A stretch of 64,000 bases of DNA from Escherichia coli (lineage in GTDB: Bacteria; Pseudomonadota; Gammaproteobacteria; Enterobacterales; Enterobacteriaceae). Of the stretch, positions 57,918 to 64,000 are shown piece by piece. The DNA lies in NCBI RefSeq assembly GCF_022846255.1, contig NZ_AP025682.1, one strand, 5' to 3'. Both the position numbers and the translations under genes were made by a program. Below the pieces are notes generated by a model. It ran no database searches. It saw only the letters and a program-made list of their open reading frames with translations, and had not been told where the DNA came from. How positions within the stretch are numbered: position 1 is the first letter of the stretch; each line of letters opens with the position of its first letter.

Positions 57918-58143
57918 AAAAAAGCCAGCAGATAATCACTGCTGGCGTGGCGATTAACACCAATACTCAGTCACACATGATGTCCGCAAATCAGTAGTCA
58001 GAATGACTCCCCTCCCACTGCATCAGTTCTTCAAGCATGGTTAATCGTTGTGGGACGCTTAACCAACGCAACCAGCACAACTTCGCTATCGCGGTAAAAT
58101 AGTGCTGATAAAACTGACGCATGGGGCACCTCCTTGCTTCATC
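57918..58143 (-). ncRNA. sgrS: dual-function small RNA SgrS (glucose-phosphate stress)
   Basis: Minus strand reads gatgaagcaaggaggtgccccatgcgtcag... at the 5' end; conserved seed catcatgtgtgactgagtattggtg; 3' hairpin cagcagtgattatctgctgg plus U-tract; divergent from sgrR. Confidence 0.85.
57991..58122 (-). CDS. sgrT: SgrT small protein (43 aa) encoded within SgrS
   Basis: MRQFYQHYFTAIAKLCWLRWLSVPQRLTMLEELMQWEGSHSDY; the 83-aa track ORF is an upstream extension beyond the sRNA 5' end. Confidence 0.8.
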   Translation of the reverse strand: MRQFYQHYFTAIAKLCWLRWLSVPQRLTMLEELMQWEGSHSDY

Positions 58144-58210
58144 GTTAGGAATTATTGACTTAATATAGGGAAAATAAAATTGCTGTCTTTTGCGCAGGAG
58201 TTCCCCTTTT

Positions 58211-59866
58211 ATGCCATCTGCTCGTCTGCAACAACAGTTCATCCGCCTGTGGCAATGCTGCGAGGGTAAATCTCAGGAGACCACGCTCAACGAACTGGCA
58301 GCGTTACTGAGTTGCTCGCGTCGTCATATGCGCACCCTGCTCAACACCATGCAGGATCGCGGCTGGCTGACGTGGGAAGCGGAAGTCGGGCGCGGTAAAC
58401 GTTCACGCCTGACATTCCTCTATACCGGGCTGGCGCTTCAGCAACAGCGGGCGGAAGACCTGCTGGAGCAGGATCGTATCGACCAACTAGTGCAGTTGGT
58501 TGGCGACAAAGCGACTGTGCGGCAAATGCTGGTTTCTCATCTGGGCCGCAGCTTCCGCCAGGGGCGGCACATCCTGCGCGTGCTCTACTATCGTCCGTTG
58601 CGTAATCTGCTACCTGGCAGCGCATTGCGCCGTTCTGAAACCCATATCGCCCGGCAAATCTTCAGTTCGCTAACGCGCATAAATGAGGAAAATGGGGAAC
58701 TGGAAGCAGACATCGCACACCACTGGCAGCAAATATCACCGCTTCACTGGCGTTTCTTTTTGCGTCCAGGAGTCCATTTTCACCATGGTCGTGAACTGGA
58801 AATGGACGATGTGATCGCCTCTTTAAAACGAATCAATACGCTTCCGCTCTATTCGCATATTGCTAACATTGTGTCGCCGACGCCCTGGACGCTGGATATC
58901 CATCTCACGCAACCGGACCGCTGGTTGCCGTTACTGCTGGGGCAAGTTCCGGCAATGATCCTGCCGCGCGAATGGGAAACCCTCAGTAACTTTGCCAGCC
59001 ATCCCATCGGCACCGGTCCGTATGCGGTGATCCGCAACAGCACCAATCAACTGAAAATTCAGGCATTCGATGACTTCTTCGGTTACCGGGCATTAATCGA
59101 CGAAGTTAACGTCTGGGTTCTGCCGGAAATTGCCGACGAGCCAGCCGGAGGGCTGATGCTAAAAGGTCCACAGGGCGAGGAAAAAGAGATTGAAAGCCGC
59201 CTGGAGGAAGGTTGCTACTATTTACTGTTCGACAGCCGCACCCATCGAGGGGCGAATCAGCAAGTCAGAGACTGGGTAAGCTATGTGCTTTCTCCGACGA
59301 ATCTGGTCTATTTCGCTGAGGAACAGTACCAGCAACTGTGGTTCCCGGCTTATGGACTGCTCCCCCGTTGGCACCATGCCCGCACCATAAAGAGCGAAAA
59401 ACCGGCTGGTCTGGAAAGCCTCACCCTGACCTTTTATCAGGATCACAGCGAGCATCGGGTGATTGCCGGGATCATGCAGCAGATTCTGGCAAGTCACCAG
59501 GTCACGCTGGAAATCAAAGAGATCAGCTACGATCAGTGGCATGAAGGAGAGATCGAGAGCGATATCTGGCTTAACAGCGCCAACTTTACGCTGCCGCTGG
59601 ATTTTTCGCTGTTCGCGCACTTGTGCGAGGTGCCGCTGCTCCAACACTGTATTCCGATCGACTGGCAAGCCGACGCCGCCCGCTGGCGCAATGGCGAAAT
59701 GAACCTGGCGAACTGGTGCCAGCAACTGGTCGCCAGCAAAGCAATGGTGCCACTTATCCACCACTGGCTGATCATTCAGGGGCAACGTAGTATGCGCGGC
59801 CTGCGCATGAACACCCTCGGCTGGTTCGATTTTAAATCAGCGTGGTTTGCACCACCGGATCCATGA
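58211..59866 (+). CDS. sgrR: transcriptional regulator SgrR (551 aa)
   Basis: [33 protein letters not shown]... with N-terminal HTH and solute-binding-like domain. Confidence 0.95.
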
Positions 59867-59894
59867 TTGCTGGTTGATAACAAAATCACTACAC

Positions 59895-60029
59895 TAACGC
59901 CGTTCTCAACGGGGTGCCACGCAGCCGCGTGCGCTGAGAAAATACCCGTCGAACCTGATCCGGATAACGCCGGCGAAGGGATTTGAGGCTCCTTCTCAAG
60001 TCCTTTGCCACTCTTTTGTGAGGTGCAAA
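59895..60029 (+). promoter_or_regulatory. TPP riboswitch (thi-box) in the thiBPQ leader (SroA region)
   Basis: ggggtgccac...gctgagaaaatacccgtcgaacctgatccggataacgccggcgaaggga matches the THI element, immediately upstream of thiB. Confidence 0.85.
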
Positions 60030-61013
60030 GTGTTAAAAAAATGTCTTCCCCTGCTGTTGCTGTGCACAGCGCCTGTTTTCGCTAAACCTGTTCTGACTGT
60101 TTATACCTACGATTCCTTTGCCGCTGACTGGGGACCTGGTCCGGTAGTCAAAAAAGCCTTTGAAGCAGACTGTAATTGCGAACTGAAACTGGTGGCGCTG
60201 GAAGATGGCGTTTCGCTTCTCAACCGTCTGCGGATGGAAGGCAAAAACAGTAAAGCCGATGTGGTGCTGGGGCTGGATAACAATCTGTTAGACGCCGCCA
60301 GCAAAACAGGGCTGTTTGCTAAAAGCGGTGTGGCAGCGGAAGCCGTTAACGTTCCTGGCGGCTGGAATAATGACACTTTCGTACCGTATGATTACGGCTA
60401 TTTCGCCTTCGTCTATGACAAGAACAAACTGAAAAATCCGCCGCAAAGCCTGAAAGAACTGGTTGAGAGCGATCAAAACTGGCGGGTGATTTATGAAGAT
60501 CCACGTACCAGTACACCGGGGCTGGGTCTGTTGCTATGGATGCAAAAAGTCTATGGCGATAACGCCCCGCAAGCCTGGCAGAAACTGGCGAAGAAAACTG
60601 TCACGGTCACCAAAGGCTGGAGCGAAGCCTACGGCCTGTTTTTAAAAGGCGAAAGCGATCTGGTACTGAGTTACACCACCTCTCCGGCTTATCACATTCT
60701 CGAAGAGAAGAAAGATAACTACGCCGCCACAAACTTTATCGAAGGTCACTATCTGCAGGTGGAAGTTGCCGCCCGCACCGCTGCCAGCAAGCAGCCAGAG
60801 CTGGCGCAAAAATTCCTCCAGTTTATGGTTTCTCCGGCTTTTCAGAATGCGATCCCAACCGGCAACTGGATGTATCCGGTAGCAAACGTCACTCTGCCTG
60901 CAGGATTTGAACAATTGACCAAACCAGCCACCACACTAGAGTTCACACCCGCCGAAGTGGCGGCACAACGTCAGGCATGGATTAGCGAATGGCAACGCGC
61001 CGTCAGCCGTTAA
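60030..61013 (+). CDS. thiB: thiamine ABC transporter periplasmic binding protein (327 aa)
   Basis: GTG start giving (M)LKKCLPLLLLCTAPVFA signal peptide. Confidence 0.93.
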   Translation: MLKKCLPLLLLCTAPVFAKPVLTVYTYDSFAADWGPGPVVKKAFEADCNCELKLVALEDGVSLLNRLRMEGKNSKADVVLGLDNNLLDAASKTGLFAKSGVAAEAVNVPGGWNNDTFVPYDYGYFAFVYDKNKLKNPPQSLKELVESDQNWRVIYEDPRTSTPGLGLLLWMQKVYGDNAPQAWQKLAKKTVTVTKGWSEAYGLFLKGESDLVLSYTTSPAYHILEEKKDNYAATNFIEGHYLQVEVAARTAASKQPELAQKFLQFMVSPAFQNAIPTGNWMYPVANVTLPAGFEQLTKPATTLEFTPAEVAAQRQAWISEWQRAVSR

Positions 61014-62599
61014 TTCCCGGCTGGTTAATTCCAGGCGTAAGCGCCGCCACGCTGGTGGTAGCGGTTGCACTGGCGGCGTTTCTCGCCCTGTGGTGGAACG
61101 CGCCGCAGGGTGACTGGGTGTCAGTCTGGCAGGACAGCTACCTGTGGCATGTGGTGCGCTTCTCCTTCTGGCAGGCGTTTCTCTCGGCGCTGCTCTCTGT
61201 CGTACCCGCAATATTCCTCGCCCGCGCCCTCTATCGCAGGCGCTTTCCTGGGCGACAGATGCTGTTGCGTCTGTGCGCAATGACCTTGATCCTCCCGGTG
61301 CTGGTTGCCGTTTTCGGCATTCTTAGCGTCTATGGTCGCCAGGGCTGGCTGGCCTCGCTCTGGCAATCACTTGGTCTGGAGTGGACCTTTTCGCCCTACG
61401 GCCTGCAAGGCATTTTGCTGGCCCATGTGTTTTTTAATCTGCCGATGGCTAGCCGTTTATTACTCCAGGCACTGGAAAACATTCCCGGCGAACAACGTCA
61501 GCTTGCCGCCCAGCTTGGGATGCGCGGCTGTCACTTCTTCCGCTTCGTCGAATGGCCGTGGTTACGGCGACAAATCCCGCCGGTTGCCGCACTAATCTTT
61601 ATGCTCTGTTTCGCCAGCTTCGCCACCGTGCTATCGCTGGGCGGCGGTCCGCAGGCGACCACTATCGAGCTGGCAATCTATCAGGCGCTGAGTTACGACT
61701 ACGATCCTGCCCGCGCGGCAATGCTGGCGCTGATCCAGATGGTGTGCTGCCTCGGGCTGGTGCTGTTGAGTCAGCGATTGAGTAAGGCCATTGCGCCTGG
61801 TACCACACTGCTGCAAGGCTGGCGCGACCCGGACGATCGTCTGCATAGTCGCATTTGCGACACGGCGTTAATTGTGCTGGCGCTGCTGCTGTTGCTGCCA
61901 CCGTTACTGGCGGTGATCGTCGATGGGGTAAATCGCCAGTTGCCGGAAGTGCTGGCACAACCGGTGCTGTGGCAGGCGCTGTGGACCTCGTTGCGTATTG
62001 CGCTGGCGGCAGGCGTATTGTGCGTAGTGCTGACCATGATGCTGCTATGGAGCAGTCGCGAACTTCGGGCGCGGCAGAAAATGCTGGCGGGTCAGGCGCT
62101 GGAGATGAGCGGCATGTTGATCCTCGCCATGCCGGGGATTGTGCTGGCTACGGGCTTCTTTTTACTGCTCAACAACACTATCGGCCTGCCACAATCTGCT
62201 GACGGCATTGTGATTTTCACCAATGCGTTAATGGCAATCCCTTATGCGCTGAAAGTGCTGGAAAACCCGATGCGCGATATCACCGCCCGCTACAGCATGT
62301 TGTGTCAGTCGCTGGGCATTGAAGGCTGGTCACGCTTAAAAGTGGTGGAGCTGCGCGCCCTGAAACGTCCACTGGCGCAGGCGCTGGCCTTTGCTTGTGT
62401 GCTGTCGATTGGTGATTTTGGCGTGGTGGCATTGTTCGGTAACGATGATTTCCGTACCCTGCCGTTTTATCTCTACCAGCAAATTGGCTCCTATCGCAGC
62501 CAGGACGGCGCGGTCACCGCGTTAATTCTGCTGCTGCTCTGTTTTCTGCTGTTTACCGTGATTGAAAATATACCGGGGCGAAATGTTAAAACTGACTGA
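60989..62599 (+). CDS. thiP: thiamine ABC transporter permease (536 aa)
   Basis: Two-module permease ORF overlapping the thiB 3' end. Confidence 0.95.
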   Translation: MATRRQPLIPGWLIPGVSAATLVVAVALAAFLALWWNAPQGDWVSVWQDSYLWHVVRFSFWQAFLSALLSVVPAIFLARALYRRRFPGRQMLLRLCAMTLILPVLVAVFGILSVYGRQGWLASLWQSLGLEWTFSPYGLQGILLAHVFFNLPMASRLLLQALENIPGEQRQLAAQLGMRGCHFFRFVEWPWLRRQIPPVAALIFMLCFASFATVLSLGGGPQATTIELAIYQALSYDYDPARAAMLALIQMVCCLGLVLLSQRLSKAIAPGTTLLQGWRDPDDRLHSRICDTALIVLALLLLLPPLLAVIVDGVNRQLPEVLAQPVLWQALWTSLRIALAAGVLCVVLTMMLLWSSRELRARQKMLAGQALEMSGMLILAMPGIVLATGFFLLLNNTIGLPQSADGIVIFTNALMAIPYALKVLENPMRDITARYSMLCQSLGIEGWSRLKVVELRALKRPLAQALAFACVLSIGDFGVVALFGNDDFRTLPFYLYQQIGSYRSQDGAVTALILLLLCFLLFTVIENIPGRNVKTD

Positions 62600-63281
62600 T
62601 ATCACCTGGCTTTACCACCATTTGCCGATGCGTTTTAGCTTAACGGTGGAACGCGGCGAGCAGGTGGCGATCCTCGGGCCAAGCGGCGCGGGTAAAAGTA
62701 CCCTGCTGAATTTGATCGCCGGTTTTCTGACGCCAGCCAGCGGTTCGCTGACTATCGACGGCGTTGATCACACCACGACGCCGCCGTCACTCCGTCCGGT
62801 GTCGATGCTGTTTCAGGAGAACAACCTGTTCAGCCACCTGACGGTCGCGCAGAACATCGGGCTGGGGCTAAATCCGGGGTTGAAACTAAATGCGGCGCAG
62901 CAGAAGAAAATGCACGCGATTGCCCACCAGATGGGGATTGATAATTTAATGGCGCGGTTACCTGGCGAGCTTTCCGGCGGTCAGCGACAGCGCGTGGCGT
63001 TGGCGCGTTGTCTGGTACGCGAACAGCCCATTTTATTGCTCGATGAACCGTTTTCCGCGCTCGATCCGGCGCTACGTCAGGAGATGCTGACGCTAGTGAG
63101 CACGAGCTGCCAACAGCAAAAAATGACGCTCTTGATGGTGTCGCACAGTGTGGAAGATGCGGCGCGGATCGCCACGCGCTCGGTGGTGGTCGCCGACGGG
63201 CGTATCGCCTGGCAGGGTAAGACCGATGAGTTGTTGAGCGGTAAGGCGAGTGCTTCGGCGCTGTTGGGAATTAAAGGTTAA
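62583..63281 (+). CDS. thiQ: thiamine ABC transporter ATP-binding protein (232 aa)
   Basis: Walker [13 protein letters not shown] signature LSGGQRQR; [21 protein letters not shown]... Confidence 0.95.
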   Translation: MLKLTDITWLYHHLPMRFSLTVERGEQVAILGPSGAGKSTLLNLIAGFLTPASGSLTIDGVDHTTTPPSLRPVSMLFQENNLFSHLTVAQNIGLGLNPGLKLNAAQQKKMHAIAHQMGIDNLMARLPGELSGGQRQRVALARCLVREQPILLLDEPFSALDPALRQEMLTLVSTSCQQQKMTLLMVSHSVEDAARIATRSVVVADGRIAWQGKTDELLSGKASASALLGIKG

Positions 63282-63288
63282 TATGCAC

Positions 63289-63385
<97 letters not shown>

Positions 63386-63394
63386 GGCTATCCC

Positions 63395-64000
63395 CTAAAC
63401 CCCAACCACTTTACGCAAAATATCGATATACACCGGCATCAACGGGTGGCGAATTAACACCACCAGCGCCACCACGCCGATGGCAGAAATCAACGGCGTC
63501 AGCCACAACAAACGACCGCGGGACAAATAATGACTCAAACGGTCAGTCGCTTTACCGCTGCGCCATAACCGCCAGCACAGCCAGCCTCCAACCCACAAAA
63601 ACACCGCTGTTGCCAGCAGCAACCATTTAAACTCACCGCTCTGCATCCCGGCAGGAATATCGATCGCCGCACCCGCCAGAATCCCCGGCAGGAAGTAAAA
63701 CGGTGGCCACAGCAAGCAGCCGATAATATTCGGCGTAATAAATTTTGCCACCGGGAGATCCAGCATTCCCGCCACCATTGGCACCAGCGGACGCGTCGGG
63801 CCGACAAAACGACCGACCAGAATGGTGAACATGCTGTGCTGATGCAGCGCATGTTCGGTTTTATCGAGTAATGCTTTGTTCTTCTTCAGAAATGACCAGC
63901 GATGCAACGGCTTTTTAAAACGCCAGCCCAGCCAGAAGGAGATCCAGTCGCCCAGCAGGCAGCCAATAATCCCCGCCAGCCAGGCGTACCAGAAACTTAA
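63395..64000 (-). CDS. yabI: DedA-family inner membrane protein YabI, C-terminal ~200 codons (N-terminus beyond window end)
   Basis: Frame stays open to the window edge; translation ...LSFWYAWLAGIIGCLLGDWISFWLGWRFKKPLHRWSFLKKNK... matches YabI. Confidence 0.85.
   Translation of the reverse strand, partial: LSFWYAWLAGIIGCLLGDWISFWLGWRFKKPLHRWSFLKKNKALLDKTEHALHQHSMFTILVGRFVGPTRPLVPMVAGMLDLPVAKFITPNIIGCLLWPPFYFLPGILAGAAIDIPAGMQSGEFKWLLLATAVFLWVGGWLCWRLWRSGKATDRLSHYLSRGRLLWLTPLISAIGVVALVVLIRHPLMPVYIDILRKVVGV

Noticed and set aside
57991-58242. 83-aa minus-strand ORF overlapping the sgrS promoter and sgrR start
   Set aside because: Only the last 43 codons (SgrT) lie inside the SgrS transcript; the upstream part precedes the sRNA 5' end.

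Overview
This window is ordinary, well-characterised Escherichia coli-type core chromosome; I find no evidence of a novel system, mobile element, prophage, CRISPR array or foreign island. It corresponds to the ~1.6-3 min region of the K-12 map in reverse-complement orientation, and every long ORF matches a known housekeeping gene. Gene order is: cueO (5' end only) / yacC / speE-speD / yacL / acnB / yacH / lpd-aceF-aceE-pdhR / aroP / ampE-ampD / nadC / ppdD-hofB-hofC / guaC / coaE-zapD-yacG / mutT / secA-secM / lpxC / the complete dcw cluster (ftsZ, ftsA, ftsQ, ddlB, murC, murG, ftsW, murD, mraY, murF, murE, ftsI, ftsL, rsmH, mraZ) / cra / ilvH-ilvI / leuO / leuLABCD / sgrS-sgrT / sgrR / thiBPQ / yabI (partial). 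Gene identities were assigned by reading the supplied translations against remembered protein sequences; no database search was run, and all K-12 comparisons (protein lengths, neighbouring genes) are from memory. The sequence is close to but not identical to K-12. The strain-level points most worth checking are: AceF with two rather than three lipoyl domains (could also be assembly collapse), absence of setA between sgrS and leuD, a shorter repeat-rich yacH, a diverged SgrT C-terminus, and REP-element polymorphisms including one overlapping the mutT 3' end.
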